Below, in pieces: positions 13,525-27,700 of a DNA stretch of 64,000 nucleotides. Location of the stretch: the NCBI GenBank assembly GCA_951406725.2, contig OX597815.1, positions 142,600,001 to 142,664,000 on the forward strand. The letters are read 5' to 3'. Position 1 is the stretch's first letter. Each line of letters opens with the position of its first letter. Source of the stretch: Octopus vulgaris (Eukaryota). The notes beneath the pieces were generated by a model. That model did not search any database. It was not told the origin of the DNA and saw only the letters and a program-made list of their open reading frames with translations. The position numbers and the translations under genes were made by a program.

Positions 13525-14714
13525 AAACGAAATAAAAACAATACTTATGACGTTGATAATAATAATGTCAATAATAATGAAAATAGTAATTATGTTGATA
13601 ATAGATTAGAAAAATAACATTTAATTTTGTTAATAAGTTATTGTTGATGATAGCACATTTTATCTTCGACTTTTGTTTCACCTTTCTTTATTATAGTCTT
13701 CTTAATTTACTTTTTTATGTTTTATTGATTTTTTTAAAAAATATATTTTCCTCCTGCAGAAATGGAAATATTCTACTTTGATAAATATATTAACCTGAAT
13801 ACGTTTCTTTTTTTTTTATTACTTTATTAACATTTCTTTGCATTTATCGCTGATTTTATTTCATGACTTGTATTTGTTTAATTAGACTGAAAGTAACTGC
13901 ATTAAGAAAAATACATCACAATGCGACAGAAATGACCACAATTTACGATTCCATTGGGCGATTAAGTGAAAGAATGTTTCTAAAATTAGTTGATGCCATC
14001 CGTTTATGAGTAATTCTGTGTTCAACGCCAGAAGATAAGAAAGCTATTTTATAGCATTTTATATTTGAGAAGTTTTTATTCGTGCATACAATCTCTTTTG
14101 TTACAATATTTTTTTTTATTTTGTGTGTGTAAATTTCACTTTTTGCAATTGTGGTGGAGATGATGAAGGTAATGTTGATTGCAGCAATGGTTGTGGTGTT
14201 GGTTATGGTTGTGTTGGTATTATTCTTGGTGCTGTATATATCTGGTAGTGATATTTATTCTAAAGACGATGGAGAAATACATTTATAATTATTTCTTCAT
14301 TTCTTTTTTACCATCCAATCAGCCGTACTTTGTTATTGAAAACGACCTAATGAGTATTAGTGACAATGGTATTGTTTGTTTTTTGCTTTTTCGTTGTTGT
14401 TTGGTGGTTTGGCTTTTGGTGTTTGGATTATGATAGTATTAACAAAAGAGATAATTAGAAAGAATTATAAAGTTTCTTCAGATTGACATAATACATGTTT
14501 TCAAAGCAAAGTTATGATGTGTTGATTTGGCTCCCATGTCGTGCAGTATAGTTTTATCTCATGATTTCCTGAGATGACACCTACTTAAATATGATGTTGC
14601 TTGTACAAAAGATTGAGGAGAGAATATCAAAACAGAATCATCCAAGGAATGACTTAAGGGGTTGAGGAACTTTATACGGATCATCATACATATATGGAGA
14701 TTATTCGAAGATAT

Positions 14715-14918
14715 ATGCACAAGACCTGAAATTTTGGGGAAGGGTGCTAGTCGATCACATGGACCACAACGCTTGACTGGTACTTAATTTATCAACCACG
14801 AAATGATGAAATGTAAAGTCGACATCGACGGAATTTAAACTTAGAATGCAACGAGAAGATAAATTGCTGCTAAGCAATTTGTTATGGCGTGTTAACGATT
14901 CGTTCAACTAGCCGCCTT
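14715..14918 (-). mobile_element. Decayed tRNA-derived SINE
   Basis: Minus strand ggcggctagttgaacgaatcgttaacacgcc..tgcttagc..ttctaagtttaaattcc..gtcgacttt..tttcatc; same family as 34614 and 48158. Confidence 0.65.
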
Positions 14919-15039
14919 GACAACGACTAATATCATTATAAGCTTTGCAGTTGTTTAGGTTAAATATATAAATTTCATCGAAAATCTCAAAAAAGGAGAG
15001 CCTATGAAGTACGAAGACTACAACAACTGCTATTATTAT

Positions 15040-16680
15040 TATTGTTGTTATTATTATTGAGAGAGCAGTGCACGCCATCAAAGTAACACTGCATTAAAAT
15101 ATATGAAACCTTGTATACCCGACATGACTACCCGTCTGATAAGGTTACACCAGGAACATGCATCACAACTATATGTGCGCTACAATGTGATCTCATGTCA
15201 AAGTAAACAGCACAGGAACTTGCAGGTGGAGCCCAGTTAGAAATTTCTTCAGCTCGAATTTCTTGTATAGTGCTTTATCTTTGAAATCTTTCATCCTACA
15301 CAAGCCTGTCACCCTTACTTCTACTAATAGCGTTTCTGTGGCATTATTACATGCCATGCTATGTTGTTTTCTTCTGCTCTAATGCAGTGTTCGCATACAA
15401 TAAGCCATCTTCCCTCTCTTGTTCTTGACACATACAGTCTATCTGTGTCACTTTTTGGTGGAGTGACCCATATCTCATTAGTAACTTTCTTGTCTTTCTG
15501 TCTAAGTTGTTTAGTTCATCTACTATCCATGCGAGTACACCTCCTCCATATCAAAGAGTGAAACCGCTCAGGTGTTGATAGCTTCGATCTTATTCCGTCC
15601 ATTTAATTTCGACTTAAGTATCAGTTTCAGTCTGCGCAAATACTACACTTTAAATTTTTCTGTCATTTCTTTCTACATCAATTTTTCCATTTCCAAAATC
15701 CCCAAGTACTTATAGCCCGTCTCTTCTGTCTGCTTCATAACCTCCCCCGATGGTATCATTAGCTCGGCTATACATTTGATTTTGCCTCTCTTCCAGACTA
15801 ACACTCACACTTTCTCAGTCCCAACTCCATTCTGATATCATCAATGAAGGTATACACCATAACAACGAGGGAACTGATTTGGGCTTCATCTTTACCATAA
15901 AGTTTGAGGTCATCCATGAATAACAAATGGTTGACTTTTTGTTGGCGGCTTTTGAATACATACCCAGCATTTGCTTTTCTCACATCTGCGTTAGTGGTAT
16001 CAAGCACAGTACAAAGATCAGTGGGGACAGGCAGCCCCCTTGGAAGATGCCCCTCCTAATTTCTACTGTCCCTAACTTCTTCCGCATGCTGTCAGGTCCG
16101 TCATCCAAATCACCATACTTTTTCCAAGCAATCGCTCAACATTCGATGCAGTACCGAATAGGTTCATACACTCCATAATCTAAGAATGTGGGATCATATC
16201 CTACGCCTTACGATAGTTGATCCACGATATGGCTAAGTTACTTTTCCCCTTCTTGCGGTCTCTAAGTACAGTTTTGTCTATCAGGAGTTGATCCTTGGCC
16301 CTCTGCACTTACGCTTGCAACCCTTCTGCTCATGTGGCACGACTCCATTTTTTCCAGATGTTCGAACATTGATTCTCCGAGTATTCAAGTCAATAACATC
16401 CATATAAGTGGCAAGCAGGATTGCCTTTTTTGATGTTTTTCAGGCACGGCTCTATCCTGCCCAATGTCAACCACTCTGGTGTTATTTGGTCGGCGTTTAA
16501 CAAGGTGTTGTGTTGCACAGCTATTCGTACATGACATTCACCAAATCATTTGATCCAGTAGCCTTGCACTCCATATGGTCTCGGGGCCTTCTAAATACTC
16601 TTTTTTTTTTTTGCTGATTTCCTTCACTTCCCTAACTGAAATGACTAGCTCTGCCTGTTTTGGACACACTACTGTTTATT
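15040..16680 (-). mobile_element. Decayed R4/Dong-type non-LTR retrotransposon (RT fragment + 3' UTR), with ~15290-15540 possibly from another element
   Basis: RRGIFQG..LSPL and KVNHLLFMDDLKLYGKDE RT motifs, YKYLGILE; 3' UTR 15060-15255 shared with 30085-30440; ends in (AAT)n on the minus strand. Confidence 0.75.
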
Positions 16681-16771
16681 TCAATTCTTCTTCTCCTTCT
16701 TCTCTTTCTCCTCCTTCTCCTTCTTCTCCTTCTCCTTCTTCTTCTACTTCTTCTTCTTCTTCTTCTTCTTC

Positions 16772-16847
<76 letters not shown>

Positions 16848-16859
16848 AGTTATTATTAT

Positions 16860-18582
16860 TCAGTAGTTTTATTTTTATAGCATGCTTTCACTTCACTACC
16901 AAGCGCAGCTCTGTGTGCCTTGGGTATGTGCTGTGATTTGTTGTGATGCTCTGATGGTTATTGTATGGAAAGTGTTCTGCGTAGGATGTGTGCGGTGCCT
17001 AGTAGTGCAATTTTCTGTATGTTATATGTGCTTGTGAGTCCTGGTGTTTTTGTTATGTATTTGTCTGAATATTTTTTTATCATGCCTAATGCACCTACTA
17101 TGATAGGAATTGTTTCTGTTTTCAGATTCCACATTCTAGTTACCTCTATTTCCAGGTCTTTGTATTTTGAGAGTTTCTCCATTTCTTTTAGAGACACGTT
17201 GTCATCTGCCGGTATTGATACATCAATTAGAAAGCATTTTTTTCTTCATGATCTCTGACAACTATATCTGGTCTGTTGACCTTAATTTCTCTATCTGTGT
17301 GTATCGGCATATCCCAGAGTATGGTTGCTTTCTCGTTTTCTGTGATCTTTTCTGGTGTGTGCCTATACCATCTTTTTTCTGTTGTTATTCCATAATGTTG
17401 GCACAGCTTCCAGTGTATATAGGTTCCAACTCTGTCATGTCTGTGAATATATTCCTTCTTAGCCAGGACTGGGCAGCTAGAGATAATATGATTTATTGTT
17501 TCTTGTCCATCTCCTCATATTCTGCAGTTACTTGTAATATTTCTTTTCATTACATGTTTTTGGTAATTTCTGGTGGGGAGGCTTTGGTCTTGTGGTGCAT
17601 TTAAAAATCCCTCTGTTTCTGCTTTGAGTCCTGAGCTTCTCAACCATTGCTGGGATTTTCCTTTGTCTATTTCTTTTGCGTTTAGTTTAGTCCAGTATTT
17701 ACCATGAAGGGGCTTTTCTTGCCATCGTTTTATCATGGTTCGTTGCTCTTCTATTTTTAGTTTGGATTTCATTTGTTTTATAGCTTTTGTTGTTTCTTCA
17801 TCTTCTTCTTCTTCTTCTTTTTCATGTTTATTAGGTGGTATGATTTCTTGTTTGTATTTGTCAGCTTCCCTAAATACTGAGAACAGTTTTTTGCTTTGCT
17901 CGTGTTTTGCCGCAATCTGGATCAGTTTTCCTTCCTTCTGAAGTAGATATTTTTGCAGTCCTATGGTGGTTATTTTATAGTAGTTTTCCAGCTGTATAAG
18001 GCCTCTACCACCTTCTATACGTTGTATATATAGTCTTTCTATGTCAGATTTTGGGTGATGCATCCTAGATCCTGTCATTATTTTTCTTGTTTTTCTATCT
18101 ATTTTGGTCAGTTCATTTCGTGTCCAGTTAAGGATATTGTAGCTGTAACTTATAACTGGGACAGCTAAAGTGTTGATACCTATTATCTTGTTTTTAGCAT
18201 TGAGCTCTGTTTTTAGTATTGATCTAACTCGTCTATAATATTCTTTTTTATTTTCTCTTTCATTTGTGTGTGTTGTGTCTTATCTAGTTCATAGATTCCT
18301 ACGTATTTGTAAGTTTGGCTTTGGTCTAATTCTTTTATTTCATTGGTTTTATCTAGTGTGATGTTGCTACTCTTAACTAGTTTTCCTCTTTTCAGGGTTA
18401 CGTTGGCGCATTTTTCCAATCCAAATTTCATATCTATTTCTTTGGTAAATCCATGAACTGTCTTTAATAGTGTTTCCAGCTGTTTGTCATTTGCAGCGTA
18501 TAGTTTTAGGTCATATATATATAAAAGGTGGCTGATCGTTTTGCCGTAACATTTATATCCGCATCCAGTTCTATTTAGTATA
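16860..18582 (-). mobile_element. 5'-truncated R4/Dong-type non-LTR retrotransposon with CCHC + restriction-like endonuclease, between (TAA)n tracts
   Basis: ISHLLYIYDLKLY (RT), HPKSDIERLYIQRIEGGRGL, LKAETEGF..QDQSLPTRNY, CRI*GDGQETINHIISSC zinc knuckle, RPDIVV..FLIDVSIP..EKLSKYKDL..PIIVGALG REL domain; few disablements; (TTA)n at 16773-16860 and 18583-18733. Confidence 0.9.
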
Positions 18583-18676
<94 letters not shown>

Positions 18677-18678
18677 CA

Positions 18679-18736
<58 letters not shown>

Positions 18737-18761
18737 CATTGATATATATATATATATATAT

Positions 18762-19921
18762 ATCAAAATAAGAAACAGGATATCCAGAAGTGATGCAGTA
18801 CGACCGTTTCAAGTGGTTCCATTTAATTGAACACTCTTACAATCATTACATCAAAGTTAAATTCCAGGGCTATCCTCAGGAGCACAAATAAGTTAGTAGA
18901 ATGTTTTAATCACTCTGACACATTTGTATAATTTTACTTAAATCCTCTAAAATGGTAAGAAGACAAAGTCTCTACTGTTGACACTTCATTTTAGAAGTTT
19001 CTAAGACATCAGGAAAAATCTGTTTGGATCATGGCTTGTCAATGATTTTGGTTCAGTTTTAATATATTAGTCTTGTTTATCAAATCTTTGTATATCAAAT
19101 CTAAGACTGGAGAATAGTGTCTGTTAGGAAAGGGCATGAGGGTGTTGACAGAATCATAGTGGGTATAGTCATAAAACTTGTCAAGATTATTTTGAAGTAG
19201 TATGAAGTAACTGGCTATAATGAGGTTGGGTAGCGGAAGACCTCAAATCAAGATGTTAATTACTATTTAAATGGGAAAGATGCTAATAAAACCAATGATG
19301 ATAATACAGAGGAAATTTTATCATGGGGTTATTATATGAGATTGATTTAAACAATATTGTTATATTGTATGAAGAGAAAATTTAGTGTTATCAAGAAAAC
19401 ATATTATAACCGAAAAGATAAATTTTGAATAACTTTGAATATATACCAACATTTTCAACAATATAGAGAGAAAAATTACATAGAATTAGTTTAATATTCA
19501 TTCATATGCTTAATTATTTACTTATTTAGTGGCATATATAAAGTCTGATAACTGGCATTTACTCAAAGAATACTGGGGCGATAGAACATGCTAACTATAT
19601 ATTTATTATAAACTAAGAGGTATATTATAAGCTGTGAAGATACCGGTGCTATTATATAAAAGCTAATATAAATTTCTAAGGTACAAATTTGTCCGACTGA
19701 TTTTTAAAATTCTATTTATTTATATATGCATCTGAGGATAGCCCTGCATTTAAATCAATACAGTGATTGCAATGTTCAATTAAATGGAGCCGCTTGAAAC
19801 GGTCGTACTGCATCACCTCTGGATATCCTGTAGCTTAGTTTGATTCTTATTCACCTTATTTTGAAGTTGTACGGATAATACCGCACTAACTTAGTGCTTC
19901 AACTTAAGAAACTAATTCATC

Positions 19922-19925
<4 letters not shown>
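18762..19925 (+). mobile_element. Penelope-like insertion: inverted partial terminal repeat, decayed interior, terminal repeat plus tail
   Basis: 18762-18879 is an inverted copy of 19732-19845; the right copy carries CTGAGGA...GAAAC and continues ~80 nt to (TA)n; a solo reverse copy lies at 48920-49122. Confidence 0.65.
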
Positions 19926-19991
<66 letters not shown>

Positions 19992-21812
19992 TATATAGGG
20001 AATATCATTCCAAACTTACAGAGAAAAATTCAATTTAGCAATTCTAAATCAAATTTCACAATATATAATTATATAAATGTATATAATTAAGAGAAATAAC
20101 CTCTAGACATTATCCATATTATATAGAAAAAATTTTAATATACTATAATAAATATTATTCTAAAAATCACTGAATTAAATAAACATTAATTTATTAATTT
20201 AATTACTTAATAGACGTTATTTCTCTTAATTATAGACACACACACACACACACACCTATATATATATATATATATATACATACATACATACATACATACA
20301 TACATACATACGTACAAACATACAAATTGTGATCTCTATTAATTTTGCCTGTGTACATATATATGTATTTGTATATGTATGTATGTATATATGTAGGTAG
20401 GTAGGTACGTACGTACATACTTATAGTATGATATGTGGACTGCATGGAAGAAAGGATTTCATCAATTCTTGGCCCTTTAGTAAACATTGATTAAGAATTT
20501 TTTTCTGTAAATGCTTATATAACGTTAAACCTACTGCAAATATATTCAAAATTAATGTTTAGCTTGTTTTATTAAAAATCTTGAGTAAAAGAGAACTGTT
20601 AATAACACATTTTCCTTCAAATTGCCCACGCATTACCATGTATTCTTAACTATCAATCTTATTTCTACAAATCTTCATTAAAATCAATACTCGTTCGGTG
20701 TTTCAAAGTACACTGATATGCACTGAATTTCATCGATAGATTTTGATAGGTAACAACGCACCACACACGACATACACATACACATGCACTCATACTCGCA
20801 CGCACACACACACACTTCTGAAAGAAAAGTTTAGAAAAGTATGTTATCAGTGAGGCAATATTTATTTGATTAGATATACGAAATTTCCCTGCATCTTTAG
20901 ATAATGGCTACATACATTATTCTAATTGTATTAAAGCAGGTTTGTCTTAATCTATCTTGTCGGAGCGTATGCTGTATATCGTGATGCAATGTAGATTAAT
21001 ATTTCATTGTACCACCGTCTATATTATAAGAATTATAGATATTCATGTCAATGCATTTATCAGTGACGTAGGCCTATCCTTGTCTGGTTATATCAAGTGT
21101 CAGTTGTGTTTGTTTAGTCTCAGCCAGAATCATCTCAGTGTGAGGATAAAAATGGCATTGTGGTCGTTTATCAGAATTACGTCTAGTTATGCTCATCTTG
21201 ATGTGGTTTTTGCTTCTGTTATTGTCAGTGGTAGGTTAAACCCAAACACTGATTGAATAAACTTATGATCAATATTGTTCCAGCTGTGTTGTTAGCTACA
21301 TTGTTTGCAAGGTTACGTTATCCCTTTCTCCTTACTTGGGGCGAAGATCAGTGTCTCCTACCACTTTTTTGGGATCTAATTTCTAAGTTCTCGAGACGCC
21401 GGAGACCTTGTTCTCATACTTGCATACCGGATAGAAACTTCACAGTTTAGGTGGAATTTTTAAACTGGGTGACGATTAACTACCACCCGATAAAAGTCAG
21501 TGCTCCTCCTCCATTTGCTCAAACGCTCCAGTCTTTCCAGACATATCCCAATGTTCCTAGTCATTTTCTAGCTTTTCCTGAAAAACTCTGAAAATCCTTC
21601 AGATTTTCAAAAAACACTCTGCTTCGTTATATGCTCCATATTTTCCAGAAACACTTGTTTCTCCACATATTTTCCAGTTATGCCCAATAAAATCAGTTGT
21701 ATTTTCTATTAATCTACTGCCACTTCATGACAGCACCAATTTAGTGAACGAGACTTCTTTTAATGTTCATTGCCATATTGCTCAATTAAATACAAGAGTT
21801 ATATATATTTGC

Positions 21813-21845
<33 letters not shown>

Positions 21846-22140
21846 TGTATGTATGTATGTATGTATGTATGTATGAATGTATGTATGTATGTAAGTATGT
21901 ATGGTGTGTGTGTGTGTGTGTGTGTGTATGCGTGTGTTGTGTGTGTTTGCTCCATTGAGGTCACTGCAAGGTGAACGTTTGTTTTTATTCACACATAGTC
22001 CACAACATTTCCCCTAACCGAAAATTTACTATTCAAAAGCAAAATACACATTGACGACTGACTGAATTTTGATTAGAGTTCTGCCGAAGCAGCGTGAGTC
22101 GCGAAGCTGATGCGCACCAACACAAGCAACAACAACAAGC

Positions 22141-22330
22141 GTGGAGGCGCAATGGCCCAGTGGTTGGGGCAGCGGACTTGCGGTCATAAGAACGCGGTTC
22201 CGACTCCCAGACCGGGCATTGTGAGTGTTTATTGGGCAAAAGCACCTAAGCTCCACGAGGCTCCGGCGGAGTGGGGTGAACCCCGCTGTACTCTTTCGCC
22301 ACAATTTTATTTCACACTTTTTTTCCTACT
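22141..22330 (+). mobile_element. tRNA-derived SINE (5' part)
   Basis: ggaggcgcaaTGGCCCAGTGGtt..GGTTCCGACTCCcagaccgg A/B-box-like head. Confidence 0.7.
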
Positions 22331-22355
22331 TCTGCCACAAAGCAGAGGAACCATG

Positions 22356-22860
22356 GTGTAACCCACTATGGTGTGGTAAACTTTCAGACCCTAGTCTAGA
22401 TTGCGAATCCTCTGTACCCCAGGATGTTTCAGCTTTCCGCCTCTTGAAAGCCACCGTTTACGAAATGAGGATAACAACGTAGCTTTCGCGCCCGTACAAC
22501 CGCCAGTCTATCGCGTGTGGTGGGTGGATCTTCAAGTTGCAACACGCGTCCTTAGTAGCTTAGTAGATTAGGCTCGAATTAGAGATTATTGTTTGTGGCT
22601 AATGGCGTGAGTCCGGATTGGAAGAAGAAGAGGAAGAGAAGAAGAAGAAGAAGAAGAAGAAGAAGAAGAAGAAGAAGAAGAAGAAGAAGAAGGAGAAGAA
22701 GAGAAAGAAGAAGAGAAAGAAGAAGAAGAGAAAGAAGAAGAGAAAGAAGAGGAAGCAGTTTACGTTAAGGAGATATTTTTGTGAAGTTGTGTAACTAAAA
22801 TTATTGTGGTTCTCTCTAATATAATTATTTTGTTCAGTTACTAATCCTTACCTTAAAACA
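22356..22860. mobile_element. Possible solo LTR containing a (GAA)n tract
   Basis: Begins TGTAAC, ends AACA, CpG-rich relative to flanks, truncates the preceding SINE; no clear TSD. Confidence 0.3.
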
Positions 22861-24479
22861 GCATATCATTCTTTCGACTAATATATTAATGCGATTTATG
22901 CTATATTTGATATTTATTCGTATTCTCGGTACCATTCAAATGCATTAATAATATTACTGTCAGATTTTCACACTTTTTTCTCAAACTCGTATCCTAATTG
23001 GTAATTCATTCTTCGATATTGCATTTAACTCTTTCTTTTTATTTGTAGTTCTTTAGTTTCAATATATTACCGAATATATTATAATCCATCTCTTTCAAGC
23101 AAGCATCGCATCTGAAATTTTCAATAAGGTTTCCAGCTGCTTATAATCTTTCCTTGAATGTTTCAAGTTAATTACATACAAAAGATGATTTATTACTATG
23201 CCAGAATATTTGTATGTTCATCCAACCAGTTTAATATAGTAATCAGAGCTGCTTAGGCCTAGTAGAAAAGTAGCAGTAACAGTGTATTACCTTGATATAT
23301 GCCTCTAATAAGGCAAAAAAAATCATATTTTTGTATTTTACTAACAGTCTTCTGTTAGTAAACGTACTTAATAAAGTATGGTGCTACGTTCTTTTGCATA
23401 CACTTTTCGACCAGATTCTCTATATGAAATTTGATGGTCTATTTAGAGGACAGCAATGGATTCTTTGAAGTTGTTTTACTTACCAGAATTCGCAATCAAA
23501 ATCTCTTTAAATCTCATGCTTTCTTCAGTAGGGAAGATATAATAAATATATTAACCTTACATATCGTAAAAAGGGTAGGATAGTTCCGATTAGTATACTT
23601 CTGGATTTAGGTCTGCTCAAATAAGGGTGAATAAGATTTAAAAACAAAAAACAAGAACAGCATTCTTAGAATGTTCTTTCCTGTTCTACTTTCTTCATAC
23701 AACAGCCATACACTACAAGAGTAATGAAATACCACATCTTTAAGATATATTTCTCTTCTTGTCTACAAAAGCTAATTGATCTTATGAATTTCTATGTTGT
23801 TAAAAGACAGGTGATAGATCTGAGGATCTGTGGTACTTTTTAATTTTGTTAAAGCTCTTCTCTCTTTCGACAAATCAATTATTTACTGCCAACTGTCGAA
23901 AATACTTGTAAATACATAATATGCAGTTTCGAATATTTTCGCGAGAGGCTAGTGGGTTGTTGAGGCCAAGGTGTTAGTTAGTAATATAAAATACTTCTGC
24001 TGTTATTGTTATCGTAGCTGGGTTTTTTGGGGTTTTTTTTGCTGTTATTGTCAAACCTAGTTGAAGAGATTGTGGATCATAGGCATTCCACCTATGATTC
24101 TATCGCGTTTTGAAAGACAGTTTAGTTCCGACTTCACTATTCAATGGATTCTTCTATTTTGTTGCTTTTTGCTTGTTTTTAACGTTTGTTTGTCTGCTTG
24201 TTTTTATGAGTTTGGCTTTGATTTTATGGAGGTGTTCTCAAAATCATCACTGCGTGATTCTAGAGTGTTTCGTTTTTCGATTTCAATAAGCCGATTTATA
24301 TTGTAAACATATATCTGTATCTACCTGTGGTTTTGTTTCATTGGATTATTTTCACTGGTTTGGTGTGTAGGAAGATGCACTATACATGTCCTTCGCAGAT
24401 CATAATACGATGCCCTTAAATCAATACAGTTAATGATATCTGCAAAAAATGCAAATAGACATATGCAGAAAAAACATAC

Positions 24480-24780
24480 ACGACTAGCAAGCATCATAAG
24501 AATGACTGAACAGAGTGGTTAGAGAACTGTCTGGGAGGGGTTGCATTTTATAAGTGATGTAACTATGTGAGAAGAGTGGGCTGCTAGTGATTGAGTGGGG
24601 GATGATCTGAAAGAATCCACCCCCAAGAAACAAAGTCTAATGTAGTAGCCATGGAAAAGACAAAGGGTGAATACAGTACGCCTCTGGTCCACACTCAGGT
24701 GAATGAATATAGACGACTTTAGGGCAGTAAGTGACGGTCAGCATTCATCCGTGTCTCCATTACAGAAGCAATATATCATT
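24480..24780 (-). mobile_element. Highly decayed Jockey/CR1-type LINE 3' fragment
   Basis: Minus strand RRTVFTLCLFHGYY-like peptide resembling LINE ORF2 C-termini. Confidence 0.35.
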
Positions 24781-27700
24781 GTGGTTGTGATTTAGATTCG
24801 TAGAAAATTAGTTATTGAAAGGATGAAGTATTTTGTGTAAGCTTTTGCTACATTGTTTAATGCACTACGTATTTTCTTCACTTTGAAGCAGGAGTGATTG
24901 ATCGTAAGCATTTACCAATTTTGATCACATATATAATTGCTACATTTTCTTGTTTTATCTTTTATTACCTCTGTAAAATGTTTGTAATGTTATACATTTT
25001 GTAGAATCCGATTCTCTATGTCTAATTTCTTTGTTACTTATTCATGTATCATATCCTGTTATTTGAAACATTTATAGTCTTGTATTCAGTATATTTTTCT
25101 CACTAATATATATCACCGAATAATTGTGACTGTTCTAAAGAGAACATGTTTCATTTATTATGTATCAATCGATTATTTCTTTCTCTCACAGCATCAATTA
25201 GTTCTTTCTTCGTCAATATTATACTAAGATAGTTTTGCCATTACAGTTTTGTATGAATCCTCTGGAATAGATTTGTTTCGTCTAGAGGAAAGTTCTGTCA
25301 GATTATTGCAATATTCCTTCATTAAGATCAATAATACTTTCTTACATTACTCCAATGATTTGGCGGGGCTATGGAATATTTTCTCTCTTTAATCTCCATG
25401 TACATATTTGTGTATTTCGATATTGTATTTTGATAGATTTGTAATATATAGCTTTTCATTGTTTATTTTGCTAACAAAATGCATAATGTAGAACAGAAAA
25501 TATTACACAATCAGCAAGGAAAGGAAGCTTGTTGCAAATTATTCAACTAACAATTACCTATAAGACGCAGACAACAAACACATATTCATCCAACTAAACA
25601 ATATAAGGAAAGACTACCGTGCAAATAATGTAAATAATATGGACACTGTCAGTATTGTATGTATTATGTTTATCAGGAATCTTGAGATATTCATTCATTT
25701 TACTTTAACTCAACTTCATCAATTTTTCTAAGAACATCGGTTTCTTTGAGTAGAAATTTTTGGTTTCTAATCTTCTGTTTCTGGAATTTCTGGAAAATTC
25801 TCCACTGGATCTCTTTTTGATCTCATATTTTTGAGGTATTGAAAGAGACCTGCCTAAAGCACGAACCTCTCAATGTGTAAATATCTCAACAGTGTAAAGC
25901 TAAATGTTATGTACCCGCACGTAGAATTTTTGTCGTTTTGTTTTTTAAACCATATTATGTAGAGGGGAATTATGCCTCTACATATACATACGCATATGGT
26001 TAGTAACGCGGTTAAAAGCTCCATCGAGATGGCTAAACCTACTTCCTAACCGTTGCAAGTCGACTGCAAAAGAAATAACATAAAAGTCGAAGAACTGCAT
26101 GACGTAGAGCTGATTAAGCAGCTAGTGTGATCAAGGGCAAAAGGCACTATATTGCCTGATGTGCGAACAATAGACGAGCGAGTCGAAGATGTCTGACTGG
26201 TGACAGCTCAAGACAAGGAACAGAGGCTATGGTGTCAGCAGTATAAAATAAAGAAAATAAAGTGTACATTCATAGACAAGTAAATGGAATATGTTCATAA
26301 GCGACACTACAATGATAAGTTGATTAACCATTCTTTGGATACAATCTAAGATGCCTCTGTGTGCAGTGCCATCCCGTCCTTGATACAATGGCAATATGCT
26401 ATTGTACAAAGACTGATGTATTTTCTGGCCCAGAGAGGGAAAAGCAAATTTTCTCATTCAGTCTTCGTCGTGCGTTCAGGATCAGTGAGCTTCATGTTCG
26501 TCAAGCTATTCATAGGTTTCCGACAACTAACTCTAGTAATAGTCAATTTCGACAAAATATAATATATAATTCAGAGTTTAGTTACAAATTTATGTATATA
26601 TTGGGATTCTTTAAGTAAATTCCTGCTGGGAATTTTGTTTTATCTGCGTTCATTTACGCGGGACGTATATCTGCTTAGCCAAAAGATAAACCTATTCCTT
26701 TCTTTACATTTAGTAGAAATACATAAAATTCATAATAACAGGGATTTTCATTCTATATTTGATATACTAGTGAACTAAAAGGGTTACTTTCATTAGTTTA
26801 TATCAAAAGTTACTATGCTCACTGAAACGGAGATTTATAATTTAGGGAAATTGCTTTGATAAATAGTTCCAGATATTGCATTTAGCTAAACAGTGATACA
26901 TTATATAAGCTACATTAGTGTAACCTCCCGGTCAAGCGACGTGATATCTAAGGAAAGTTCATATTTCCTCTACTTCTTCTTTCTTCTATGAATATTAGAT
27001 TTCGTCTGCCAACCGTATTTCTATAATCGATGATAGGTCAATAGCTGAACGTGACCAGATCAGTTATTTGTACCTTGTAGACTAATTACACAAGTTTAAA
27101 AGTCATTGTCTCTAACCGACCGGTTCGTGACCTATTGACAAATTATCACATAGTCATGTTGATGCAATCCAAATTAAGAAGAAAAAGTAGACCATATCAC
27201 TGCAATGAAAGAGAATTTATATACGAAATATGAAGGGTGATCGCACGTTTTTAATAACATAATGTTGATAATAATTCAAATAATAAAGTCTGTATGGTGA
27301 AGGTATTCGGGAAGTATGGCACCGAGTAAATGAATCGGATTATAATTTTTCAAGTTTCACACATGGTGGTTCAGAGTTTAAATATTCAAATGACTGTTGA
27401 ATATTCGGATGTTACCAGAATTTCACTTCTACCATAATATAACTACGGTATAGTTAATTTATTGTATGTATTTACCGCCAAGTATTGATTGAACTGTTGT
27501 TGCCACTACTATTGTTGTCTCGAAAATTACATAAGTTACTGTAATCTGCAATGATTGCAAGTAAACAACATTTAGGTTAATGAAATCCTTTATTATAAAC
27601 ACGTTAAAGAATAGTTAAAGTATACCTCATATCACCTCTGCCGAAAATTGTCAAATGAAACAATCTCATATATTATACAAATTATGCGATGTATCAACCA

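Noticed and set aside
12046-13620. Numerous [12 protein letters not shown] ORFs here and throughout the window
   Set aside because: Translations of (TA)n, (CA)n and (TACA)n microsatellites
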